A DNA stretch of 40,110 bases, from the NCBI GenBank assembly GCA_027001995.1, contig JALTLO010000148.1, positions 1 through 40,110 of the forward strand, given 5' to 3'. The translations under genes were made by a program, and so were the position numbers. The DNA comes from Planctomycetota bacterium (lineage in GTDB: Bacteria; Planctomycetota; GCA-002687715; DRQF01). How positions within the stretch are numbered: the stretch's first letter is position 1; every line of letters starts with the position of its first letter. The notes beneath the pieces are model-generated. The model worked only from the letters and a program-made list of their open reading frames with translations. It ran no database searches and was not told where the DNA came from. Positions 29,138 through 38,160 of the stretch are shown piece by piece.

Positions 29138-30964
29138 TTAAGTTGATCGTTTGAGAGCGATGAGTAAGAGACTCAGGTCTGGCTGAGAAATCCCTGAAAT
29201 CCGAGAAGCCTGCCCGATGGTCCCGGGACTCACGGCCCGAAACTTCTCTTTCGCCTCCCCCCGCAAGGACGGAACCTTGTCGTAGTCGAAGTCCGGGGGG
29301 ATCTTCATTCCCTCGGACTTCTTCAACTTCTCAATAAAGCTCAGTTGGCGAGCAATATAACCTTCATAAAGAGTCTCGATTTCGAGACTTCGGCGACATT
29401 CATCATCCCATGACCCGGAAAAAATCTCAGGAATTTCGTCCTGATAGTCCGCAAGTCTTTGTTGTGGTCGCTTCAGCAGTTGAGAAAGCGGAATTCCCCC
29501 CGCCCTCCGACTCTTCATCAAAGCAGTCCCCTCTTCCAAAAGAGACCGGCGAAGTTGAGCTCTGGTCCAGCGTTCTTCATCAATCAGATTGAGCCGCCAC
29601 CCATGGGCCGACAAACGCAGATCAGCATTGTCATGACGAAGAACCAGCCTGTGCTCAGCCAGTGAAGTAAACATACGATAGGGTTCTTGCACACCCCTCG
29701 TCACCAAATCGTCAATGAGAACACCGATGTATGCTTCATCACGGCGAAGAATAAACGGCGCTTCACCACGAACAAATAGCTGGGCATTGATGCCAGCCAT
29801 GATCCCTTGAGCAGCCGCCTCTTCATAGCCCGTCGTGCCGTTCACTTGGCCAGCATGAAACAGCCCTTTGACTTTCTTGGTCATAAGCCTTTGGTCGAGT
29901 TCCGTCGGATCGACGTAGTCATACTCAACGGCATAACCCATCCTGACGATTTCGGCTTTTTCGAAACCAGGAATTGTCCTCAAGAACTCGGCCTGAACCT
30001 CTGCAGGCAGGCTGGTGGAAACGCCATTCGGATAGACCAAGTCTGTTTGCAGACTTTCTGGCTCGACGAATATTTGATGACTCTCCCGAGAAGCGAATCG
30101 ATAGATTTTGTCTTCGATGCTCGGACAATAGCGAGGGCCCTTACCTTGGATTCGCCCCTGATGCATGGGCGAAGATGAGAGGTTGGCCTCGATGATGGCG
30201 TGGGTCTTGGGGTTCGTCTTGGTGATATGGCAAGCAATCTGTTGATCGATTGTGTCTTGAGCCTTGAAAGAAAAGTAAGTGGGAGCCTGATCCCCCTCTT
30301 GCACTTCCATCACAGAAAAATCGATGGTGGCCGCTCTTAATCTGGGGGGAGTTCCCGTCTTCAATCGACCGAGTCTAAAACCGAACTGTTTCAGGTCATG
30401 GGCCAAGGACATGGAGGCTCCTTCACCCTTACGCCCTCCCTCTTCTTCCTCGGAGCCGGTGAACATTTTGGCCCCCATGAAGGTTCCGGTGGTGAGAATC
30501 ACAGCTTCACTTGCGACCCAACCATTCTTCTTGGTGTGAACCCCAACCACTTTAGCATCATCCAGAGCGAGACCTGTAACCTCGTCCTCCAAGACCGTAA
30601 GACCGGGGCAAGCTGAAATCCAGCTCACCACAGCGTCATTGTAGGCCACATTGTCATTTTGGCTGCGAGGAGATTGAACAGCTGGCCCTTTGCTGGCATT
30701 CAGAAGCTTAAATTGGAGGGCTGTGCGGTCGGCGACGATTCCCATCAAGCCCCCCAGGGCATCAACTTCACGAACGAGTTGGCCCTTTGCCAAGCCCCCA
30801 ATGGAAGGATTGCAAGACATGCGCCCCAGGGCCGCCGCATCCAAGGTGATCAAAGTACACAGCCCTCCCATCCTTGCAATGGCAAAAGCTGCTTCGACCC
30901 CCGCATGCCCTCCACCAACCACAATGACATGGGGAGAGCCTTTTCGTTCCTTCTGATCACTCAT
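29138..30964 (-). CDS. mnmG: tRNA uridine 5-carboxymethylaminomethyl modification enzyme MnmG (GidA)
   Basis: [58 protein letters not shown] and EPYRMFTS. Confidence 0.97.
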   Translation of the reverse strand: MSDQKERKGSPHVIVVGGGHAGVEAAFAIARMGGLCTLITLDAAALGRMSCNPSIGGLAKGQLVREVDALGGLMGIVADRTALQFKLLNASKGPAVQSPRSQNDNVAYNDAVVSWISACPGLTVLEDEVTGLALDDAKVVGVHTKKNGWVASEAVILTTGTFMGAKMFTGSEEEEGGRKGEGASMSLAHDLKQFGFRLGRLKTGTPPRLRAATIDFSVMEVQEGDQAPTYFSFKAQDTIDQQIACHITKTNPKTHAIIEANLSSSPMHQGRIQGKGPRYCPSIEDKIYRFASRESHQIFVEPESLQTDLVYPNGVSTSLPAEVQAEFLRTIPGFEKAEIVRMGYAVEYDYVDPTELDQRLMTKKVKGLFHAGQVNGTTGYEEAAAQGIMAGINAQLFVRGEAPFILRRDEAYIGVLIDDLVTRGVQEPYRMFTSLAEHRLVLRHDNADLRLSAHGWRLNLIDEERWTRAQLRRSLLEEGTALMKSRRAGGIPLSQLLKRPQQRLADYQDEIPEIFSGSWDDECRRSLEIETLYEGYIARQLSFIEKLKKSEGMKIPPDFDYDKVPSLRGEAKEKFRAVSPGTIGQASRISGISQPDLSLLLIALKRST

Positions 30965-31049
30965 AGCCCCATACTAAGAACTGCTCCGCTCTCACCCCAA
31001 GACAAGGAAGAGAATTGAAGATCTTGCCAGACATGTTATCCAGAAGGTC

Positions 31050-31832
31050 ATGGAAGACATTTACCAGGAAATCGTAAGGCTCCGGACCCAAGGAACACTT
31101 GCCGCACTTGCCACAATCGTGGGGCGTAGGGGCTCAACCCCCGGTAAATTGGCTCAAAGAATGGTGATTGTTGGTGACGGACGTATCGTGGGGACTATTG
31201 GGGGTGGCTGCGTTGAAGCGGACGTCATACGCCATGGGAGGCACGTCATGGACACGGGAGTCCCCCAAGTTGTCTCCTTCAAACTCTCTGGAGAAGAAGC
31301 CGAACGCACAGGGCTGGCCTGTGGTGGAGTATTGGAAATCATGATCGAATGTCTCAACGACCCAGCACTCTACGTCTTAGGCTGTGGCCATGTCGGCAAG
31401 AAAGTAGCCCAATTGGCCGCCCTTTGTGGATTCCAGGTCACCGCCGTGGACGATCGGCCAGATTTTGCCAACATGACCCAAGTTCCGGGAGTGGCGGAAG
31501 TCCGAGTCATTCCCCTGGATTCTCTGACCGAAGACTTAAAACTGGGTGCAAACTCTTACGTTGTCTCTGCGACCCGAGGCCACGATCACGATTTCGAAGT
31601 CTTGTTGTGGGCATTGGGAACCCAAGCCCGCTATATCGGTGTCTTGGGTAGCAAAAGCAAGTGGAAACAGTTTCAAAAGCAACTCAAGACCGATCATGGC
31701 ATAGACGAAAGCCAACTCAGCCACGTTCATTGCCCGGTGGGAATCGCAATCGGCGCGGATACCCCAGACGAGATTGCTGTGAGTGTGGTAGCAGATCTCA
31801 TTGCCCATCATCGCCTTGGCAAGACTCAATGA
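31050..31832 (+). CDS. XdhC/CoxI family molybdoenzyme accessory protein
   Basis: GSTP, GTIGGGCVE, CGG, GCGHV, TRGHDHD, YIGVLGS and PVGIAIGADTPDEIAVSV. Confidence 0.9.
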   Translation: MEDIYQEIVRLRTQGTLAALATIVGRRGSTPGKLAQRMVIVGDGRIVGTIGGGCVEADVIRHGRHVMDTGVPQVVSFKLSGEEAERTGLACGGVLEIMIECLNDPALYVLGCGHVGKKVAQLAALCGFQVTAVDDRPDFANMTQVPGVAEVRVIPLDSLTEDLKLGANSYVVSATRGHDHDFEVLLWALGTQARYIGVLGSKSKWKQFQKQLKTDHGIDESQLSHVHCPVGIAIGADTPDEIAVSVVADLIAHHRLGKTQ

Positions 31833-31860
31833 CGACTGGATCCTTCAGCATCGCAGATGA

Positions 31861-33351
31861 TTAGGGTGCCACAGAGAAATCTGCCAAACGCGTCAAGTCG
31901 AAGGGCCCGTTTCGCCAAAGGTAAGAGACCATTTCGACGGTAAAGCCACCAACGGAAATACCAAAATTACATTCTCTCACACCATCGACCCCCAGGGTGC
32001 TCGCTGGAGCCAACACATTATTGTAGAGAGTGAAGACGCAAGAGTTTTCATAGACGAAAGTGCCCGGAGGACAGATGCCTCCCAGGAGAGTCGTCGGGAC
32101 TAGCAAATAAGTTGCATCGAGGTCCCCAGGCAATCCCAGAACCCCAAAAGCAATACTGTTGGGGCGGGTAGGAACACCCAGACTGGTGCAAGCTGTATCA
32201 TAAGGGGTGGCAACTTCTTTGGCCCAGATGATCGCATCTTGGCAAAAGGACTCGACCGCGAAACTGACGGGGACATTCCCTCCCCCTGCCGCTGCGGATT
32301 CAAAATTCTCATCGCGCATACCATCGCCGAAGAGATCGACGAAATTGTTTTCAAAGTCGTCCGTGTTGACGAATTCGGAAAGAAGACACATGGTGGCGAA
32401 ACGTCTTTGAATCAAGTGTTGATCATAGAGCTTCATGTCGCCCAAATCTGTCACACCACATGGATAAAAGGGTGTGCTCGTCAACGAGATGTCAGTGCAG
32501 CCAAAATGCCCGACACCGTCGACGCTCATCTTAACCAAACGCCGCGGCGCTACTGGCCCCGCTGAAAACTTGGAAAACCAAAAATCAACGGAATCGTTCA
32601 CCAACTGATCGTCGTTTCCTTCGAAGAGAAAGACGGCCCCTCCGTAGTTTTCCGCCAGCGGTTCCGCAGCGGCTGAAGCGGTAAACAAAGCCGTGGGCGA
32701 ACATGTTCCAAACAAGACGATTTCTGATTGAGCAAACGGTTCCAAAGACACGAGGGTGTCAAAGCTCGGGTCTGCTCCACCAAGAAAAATCGCAGCGACT
32801 CCCCCCATGGAATGACCGATCGCTCCGACCTTTTGATTCTGATCCGGGGACAGAACACCACGAACCGGGTGCACACTGGCCGGGTTAGCAGCTTCAGACA
32901 GAAGATAGGTCTTCAGCAACCAGCTTTCGAATGCTTGCTCAATTGGCACCTGAAATTGAACGGGAAAGACGTTGTAGTTGACCGTGGCCACGGCGAATCC
33001 CCAACTGGCCAGGTGAGACGCCAACCCATCGTAGTCTCCTGGATTCGCTGCCCAACCATGATTGAGAATGATCAAAGGTGCTGAGCTATTTGAAAAGAGA
33101 TCGGGAGTCGTTTGAAGAGGATCGATTGCTGTGGGTAGGTAAAGGCGATAACCCACAAATCCGCTGATCGCTACGCCCTGGAACTCAATTGGAACAGGAG
33201 CGTTCACTGCCCCCCAAGGGATCAAGCTATTGGACACGGTGACCGAGTAGGGACCCAAGTCGTCGAACTGAAAGGTCTGGGCGGCACCTTGCTTAGGGGT
33301 AATCCACGCACATAAGCACATGAATAACAGAATCATGAAACTACGGTTCAT
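31861..33351 (-). CDS. Secreted alpha/beta hydrolase (cutinase/PETase/chlorophyllase-like) with C-terminal extension
   Basis: Signal peptide; HGW, LASHLASWGFAV, GHSMGG, candidate Asp (GNDD) and His (GVGHF). Confidence 0.82.
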   Translation of the reverse strand: MNRSFMILLFMCLCAWITPKQGAAQTFQFDDLGPYSVTVSNSLIPWGAVNAPVPIEFQGVAISGFVGYRLYLPTAIDPLQTTPDLFSNSSAPLIILNHGWAANPGDYDGLASHLASWGFAVATVNYNVFPVQFQVPIEQAFESWLLKTYLLSEAANPASVHPVRGVLSPDQNQKVGAIGHSMGGVAAIFLGGADPSFDTLVSLEPFAQSEIVLFGTCSPTALFTASAAAEPLAENYGGAVFLFEGNDDQLVNDSVDFWFSKFSAGPVAPRRLVKMSVDGVGHFGCTDISLTSTPFYPCGVTDLGDMKLYDQHLIQRRFATMCLLSEFVNTDDFENNFVDLFGDGMRDENFESAAAGGGNVPVSFAVESFCQDAIIWAKEVATPYDTACTSLGVPTRPNSIAFGVLGLPGDLDATYLLVPTTLLGGICPPGTFVYENSCVFTLYNNVLAPASTLGVDGVRECNFGISVGGFTVEMVSYLWRNGPFDLTRLADFSVAP

Positions 33352-33638
33352 ACTGATCTCGGAGGTCGTCGTGACTTTGGTTTTCGGTTTGGCAGCGATG
33401 TGACGAGCGAACCCGCCACTGAGGCTCGAAGCTTACAGTGTTATCCACAATCTATCCAGGGATGTCCAAAAAAACACAACACGCCTACAAGCCTTTGTGT
33501 ATTATGCACTTGCAAGTTGTGAAAGGCCATTTGGCAGGGTAAGTCGTGAAGTCAGAACGGCATTATTCCGACATATCAGTTCAAGACCGTGGCCGAAGAA
33601 CCCAAGAAAACAGATAACCCAGCGAGTTCCTAAGAAGA

Positions 33639-34730
33639 ATGACAAGCTCCCAAAATTCAGAACGAGACGAGATTCTTCAAGAACTGGGGCGACGGACTGC
33701 CGACATTTCGCACGAAATCAGGAACTTCTTAACGCCCATTCTGGCCGGAGCCCAGCTCCTCAGTACCCACAACGACGTCCAGGTCGCGACAACCGGCAAG
33801 AGGATCGCCGACAATGCCAACTATTGTCGCGATTTAGTCAATCAGCTTCTTGGCGATCTGGCCAATCCCAAAGAATACGTCCCTCTAGAATTCAAAGCAC
33901 TCTTACAACACTTCTTTTCCAGCCGCCAAAGCAAGGCAACAATCAGAATAAATGACAAGATTCCCGGAGGCGCTTGGATCTGTGGTCATGAAACGGATCT
34001 CATTTCGATTCTGGAAAACCTCATTCGAAACGCTGAAGAAGCCGCTCTTCCTGGAGCCGCGTCCATAGAAATCCTCGCCTCAGCCACAGACACCCAACTT
34101 GTCGTCCAGGTGAGCGACTCCGGCCCCGGAATTGATCCAAACGATACCGGCAAGATCTTTGATGCGTTTCACACCAAAAACAAAGAAGGTGGAACTGGCA
34201 TCGGCCTCCATCTTTGTCGAAGAATCGCCACAGATCATGAAGGTGAATTGGATCTCATCACGAACTCCTCATCCGGCACCACTTTTGAGTTGAGACTACC
34301 CCTCATTCAACAAGAAAACTCACAACCAACGACGGAGGATGCTGGGGAATTGGCTCCCCTTTCCGTCCTTTGTATCGACGATGATCCAAGCACCTTGGAC
34401 ACCTATGAGATGATTCTCAGGTTAGATGGTCATCAGATTAACAAGGCCGAAACTGGTGCAGACGGACTACAAGCCCTGAGGCGCAACACCTTTGATCTCA
34501 TCCTCTGCGACCTTCGTCTCCCAGATATGAGCGGTGTCGACTTTCAAAATCGACTCATTCAGATGGCGCCCCATTTGGTTCCGAAACTCGTTTTCGCCAC
34601 GGGCGATTTGCAAAACGACAAAAGCCGTGAGTTTCTAAAGCAGTTGCAAAGGCCCTATCTCATCAAACCTTTCGAGATTGAAGAACTCAGAGTTGCCATC
34701 CGTTTGGTCACAGGGCCCAACGACGCATGA
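33639..34730 (+). CDS. Hybrid histidine kinase/response regulator without a sensor domain
   Basis: H-box ISHEIRN, N-box NLIRNA, DSGPGI, GTGIGL; receiver domain IDDD...CDLRLP...KPF. Confidence 0.9.
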   Translation: MTSSQNSERDEILQELGRRTADISHEIRNFLTPILAGAQLLSTHNDVQVATTGKRIADNANYCRDLVNQLLGDLANPKEYVPLEFKALLQHFFSSRQSKATIRINDKIPGGAWICGHETDLISILENLIRNAEEAALPGAASIEILASATDTQLVVQVSDSGPGIDPNDTGKIFDAFHTKNKEGGTGIGLHLCRRIATDHEGELDLITNSSSGTTFELRLPLIQQENSQPTTEDAGELAPLSVLCIDDDPSTLDTYEMILRLDGHQINKAETGADGLQALRRNTFDLILCDLRLPDMSGVDFQNRLIQMAPHLVPKLVFATGDLQNDKSREFLKQLQRPYLIKPFEIEELRVAIRLVTGPNDA

Positions 34731-37681
34731 GGGGCCCCCACGCCTGGGTCAAACTTGCCCTTCTTCTTTGGCTCTCCTGTTATTTCTCGATTTACTGGCC
34801 CCAAGAATTGACTTCTTGGGGCTTCCTAAGCTCCACCTTCGTCACAGCTATCATTGCGGCATGGGGGTTTGTCCAACTGAGCTTGGATGACAGTGCAGAC
34901 CCGTTGACAACAACAATCGATCCATGGCTGCGCATCAAGGACCACAAACAGAAACTCTTCTTCGCCGCCTTGACCTTGATCGCCTTAGCAACGCTCTTGC
35001 TGAACGACGTCATCTTCTTTGGCCACAGCCTTATTTCTGCTCCTTGGTTCAACCTGGGTGCACAAAACACGCCTGCGACGGCGGGTTTTGGCCATACAGT
35101 TGATCCATGGGCCGGATTTCTTATCGAAGGTCCAGGGATCTTTCTAACAGGTGCTGCATTCAAATTAGGTGAAATACCATTCTGGAATCCCTTCGAGGCC
35201 TGCGGAACTCCCTATGCAGCCAATGGTGAAATGGCACCATTCTCTTTGCTTCAACTGCCTCTTCACCTCAACCCATCCTTGGCAGGGTGGAATGTTTTCG
35301 CCATCGTGAGGATCATAGTGGGCTCCCTGGGTGGATGGCTATGTTCCTTTGCCCTGGGCCGATCATCCCAGGCTTCCGTCTTAGTGGGTGTCGGCTTGGG
35401 GTTCTCCGGCGTCTTTCTGCTTTTTTGCAACTTGGTTCACATCAACACAGCTTTGGTTATCCCCTTTTTCGTCCTAACTGCCAGCTGCTTCGCACACCAT
35501 CCAACTTGGAAAAGATGGTTGGTTCTTGTGGCTATCATTGCTCTCGGCTTCAATGGCGGCAACCCTCAGCCCATGGCTTGTGCCTTAGTCATCTATATGC
35601 CATGCCTGTTGATTCGATCTCCCAAGTCCAAAATGGAGCTTGTTTCAATTCTTGGAGGTTACTGTCTCGCTGCACTTTTCGCAGCCAGTCTTTCAGCTTT
35701 CACTTTACTGCCCTTGGCAGATCTTCTGGGCAAAAGCGAGAACAGAACGTTCTTTGCCTTGGAGATCATCGGGACTGCTGGCCACTTGATCGATTGGTTC
35801 GCCCCCGGTGGTCCCATCATTGGCGAATCTATTCAAGGGATCTCCGGCCCACCCTGGTGGCGTCTTGGGGCTGTGCCAATGATGGGCGCCATCATCGCCG
35901 CCGCCATGTGCTTAAGAAAACCGGACCGCAGCACTGTTCTCATCTCCCTCAGCATCGTCATTTTTTTCTGCTTCGCCCTTTTTCCCGTTGTGGGAAAAGT
36001 CTTTGCTTCGCTCCCCGTGGTTGGCGGACTCAAGTGGACCAAGTATGTGACCATCGGCCAATTACTGGTCTTACTCTTAGCTGCCAAAGCGATCGATTTG
36101 GAGTGGATCAAGGAGAAACCTCCAGGCATCATAAGTGGAATCATTGCCACTTTCCTCGTGATTGGCCACGGTATCTACTTCCACCAAAGACTCGACAATC
36201 AATTTTGGCAAGCCATCATCCCTTGCCTCGTCATCACCGCCTTCTTTCTGGTCAAATCGATTCCCAGGTCGGCCGTCGCCCTGTTACCGCTTCTCTTCGT
36301 CTGCGAAGTCGCTTGGCATCGCCCCCCATACCCGGAGGCATTGACAGAAATCTCGTCTCCTTCCGGCCTCCCAATTGGTAGCGACATACAAAGCCCTAAA
36401 TGGGAGCCCATGGAAGAAAGAACCATGGCATTTCGCGATGCCGTGGCGCCCCTCCTTTCTGGTATTCAGGGATGGTACGACATCAGAAGCGTCGGGGCCT
36501 TTCCTCTGAGTGACTATCATCGCTTGATGGCGCCCTACATGAACTGCGGACCATGGCCACCATATATGCTCTTAGGAGCATCTCGGGAGATCATTCTCTC
36601 GCCCTACTTCGATCTAGCTGGAGTCCACAAAGTCGTGTTCCGCTCTGGTGATTTCAAGGACTTAGTGCGAGAGCGCCGAGAAGACCTTCTGGAAGATAGT
36701 TCTTTTGTCCGCTTCGGTGAGTTCCAACGAGCCCTGGACTACACGTCCATCACAGGATCCAATTTATCATCGCCCGATGCCTTCCAAGGATCCTTCTTAC
36801 TCTTACCCACCGAAGCAATTCAATTGCGCCTCAATCTCTCCGCTCGCTCCGCCCGTATTGGACTCAAGTTCGAGTCTCCCACCGGGGACGATTTTCAAGT
36901 CACTACGGGTTTCGGCGATGACATCCGCACGATTCACGATGAAACAGAAAACATCTTCGCCATCGACAATGCCGAGGAACCTGTCACCTATACCATCGGC
37001 TTGAAATCTAAGAAGCCAGTCCTCCTCTTCTTGACTCAATGGTGGGTCGATCGCCATATCGCCAAAGGGCGTTATGATTTCTTGCCAGAAGACACAAAGG
37101 AGTCCTTGGCTCGTGGACTGAAGATTCTCAAGAACAAGTATCCCCTTCCTTTAGCCCGGGTCATGTACAAAGGGCGCCTGGTCCCACAGGTTGACATGGC
37201 AAAAACCCTGAACAGATACGTGGCCACGGGACTGGGTTGGGATCCAAGAAAATCACTCTTGCTTCACCCCAATCCCCAAAGCTCCTGGGACTACAAAACC
37301 GAACCTCAATTGACCGATCTCTATGGCGAACAAAAGGCTCACTTGTTTCGTAAAGGTTGGAATCAGATGCGCGTGGACGTCTCCAACAACAAACCTGGCT
37401 GGCTGAGCCTGGCTGTGGCCTACGATCCGGGTTGGCGAGCATTCATAGACAACGAAGAAATCCCTGTCGTGAAAGCCAATGGCGCTTTTATGGCCATGCC
37501 CCTGCGTACGAAAGGCAAGCAGTCAATCTACCTGCGTTACCAACCAGAGAGCTTTCGCATGGGGAGCAAAATATCATTGATCAGCGCTGCCATTCTCGCC
37601 ATATTCGGATTAGCAAAGTGGATAGCCGAAAAAAGACGAATCAAACTCCCACAGGGGAGGCAACTCAGGAGCGCACCATGA
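34727..37681 (+). CDS. YfhO-family membrane protein (GT-C-like glycosyltransferase)
   Basis: PFWNPFEACGTPYAAN, many TM helices, C-terminal YDPGWRAFID..ANGAFMA..YQP; ATGA overlap with the kinase stop. Confidence 0.82.
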   Translation: MRGPHAWVKLALLLWLSCYFSIYWPQELTSWGFLSSTFVTAIIAAWGFVQLSLDDSADPLTTTIDPWLRIKDHKQKLFFAALTLIALATLLLNDVIFFGHSLISAPWFNLGAQNTPATAGFGHTVDPWAGFLIEGPGIFLTGAAFKLGEIPFWNPFEACGTPYAANGEMAPFSLLQLPLHLNPSLAGWNVFAIVRIIVGSLGGWLCSFALGRSSQASVLVGVGLGFSGVFLLFCNLVHINTALVIPFFVLTASCFAHHPTWKRWLVLVAIIALGFNGGNPQPMACALVIYMPCLLIRSPKSKMELVSILGGYCLAALFAASLSAFTLLPLADLLGKSENRTFFALEIIGTAGHLIDWFAPGGPIIGESIQGISGPPWWRLGAVPMMGAIIAAAMCLRKPDRSTVLISLSIVIFFCFALFPVVGKVFASLPVVGGLKWTKYVTIGQLLVLLLAAKAIDLEWIKEKPPGIISGIIATFLVIGHGIYFHQRLDNQFWQAIIPCLVITAFFLVKSIPRSAVALLPLLFVCEVAWHRPPYPEALTEISSPSGLPIGSDIQSPKWEPMEERTMAFRDAVAPLLSGIQGWYDIRSVGAFPLSDYHRLMAPYMNCGPWPPYMLLGASREIILSPYFDLAGVHKVVFRSGDFKDLVRERREDLLEDSSFVRFGEFQRALDYTSITGSNLSSPDAFQGSFLLLPTEAIQLRLNLSARSARIGLKFESPTGDDFQVTTGFGDDIRTIHDETENIFAIDNAEEPVTYTIGLKSKKPVLLFLTQWWVDRHIAKGRYDFLPEDTKESLARGLKILKNKYPLPLARVMYKGRLVPQVDMAKTLNRYVATGLGWDPRKSLLLHPNPQSSWDYKTEPQLTDLYGEQKAHLFRKGWNQMRVDVSNNKPGWLSLAVAYDPGWRAFIDNEEIPVVKANGAFMAMPLRTKGKQSIYLRYQPESFRMGSKISLISAAILAIFGLAKWIAEKRRIKLPQGRQLRSAP

Positions 37682-38133
37682 ACAAAGAAGACTTCATTGC
37701 CATTCTGGCACCCTTGGCCCAGGAACTCGCTGGGATCGATCTCAATGTCACAGTGAAAGCGACAAAAGAAATCTCCGAATTAGCCCCTTTTGACGGGGAC
37801 ATGATTGCCCAGATTCGTAAAGCCACGATGGGGGCCGCCAAAGAAGATTGGCTCTTGCCCAAAGAGGCAGGAGGGATCAAATTTGGCCGGGTGGCCAAAG
37901 ACTTGGAAGGTTTCAGTGTAGATGCCGTTTTGATGAGCGGCCCCGGCCCCAAACACAATCACCCCAACGGTGAAATCGACCTTTGTTTCACCACCACAGG
38001 AGAAGCTGAATTCGATGGTCACAAAGAAGGCTGGGTTGTTTACGGCCCTGACTCAACTCACGTACCAACAGTCCACAATGGAGAAATGCTCATTCTGTAT
38101 TTCTTGCCAGGTGGAGCCATGAAATTTCTTTAG
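37678..38133 (+). CDS. DUF4863 family cupin-like protein
   Basis: GIKFGRV, FSVDAV, GPKHNHPNGEIDL, GWVVYGPDSTH and LYFLPGG; ATG overlaps the previous TGA; AGGAG RBS. Confidence 0.8.
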   Translation: MNKEDFIAILAPLAQELAGIDLNVTVKATKEISELAPFDGDMIAQIRKATMGAAKEDWLLPKEAGGIKFGRVAKDLEGFSVDAVLMSGPGPKHNHPNGEIDLCFTTTGEAEFDGHKEGWVVYGPDSTHVPTVHNGEMLILYFLPGGAMKFL

Positions 38134-38160
38134 GCTTTGAATTCGTCCATCCCTTCGTTG

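Noticed and set aside
35287..36381. 364-aa alternative-frame ORF inside the YfhO-like gene
   Set aside because: Arg/His/Ser-rich composition typical of an off-frame read of a hydrophobic gene; no motifs
37357..37677. N-terminal extension of the DUF4863 ORF
   Set aside because: Overlaps the YfhO-like gene; the ATG at 37678 has an AGGAG RBS and an ATGA coupling
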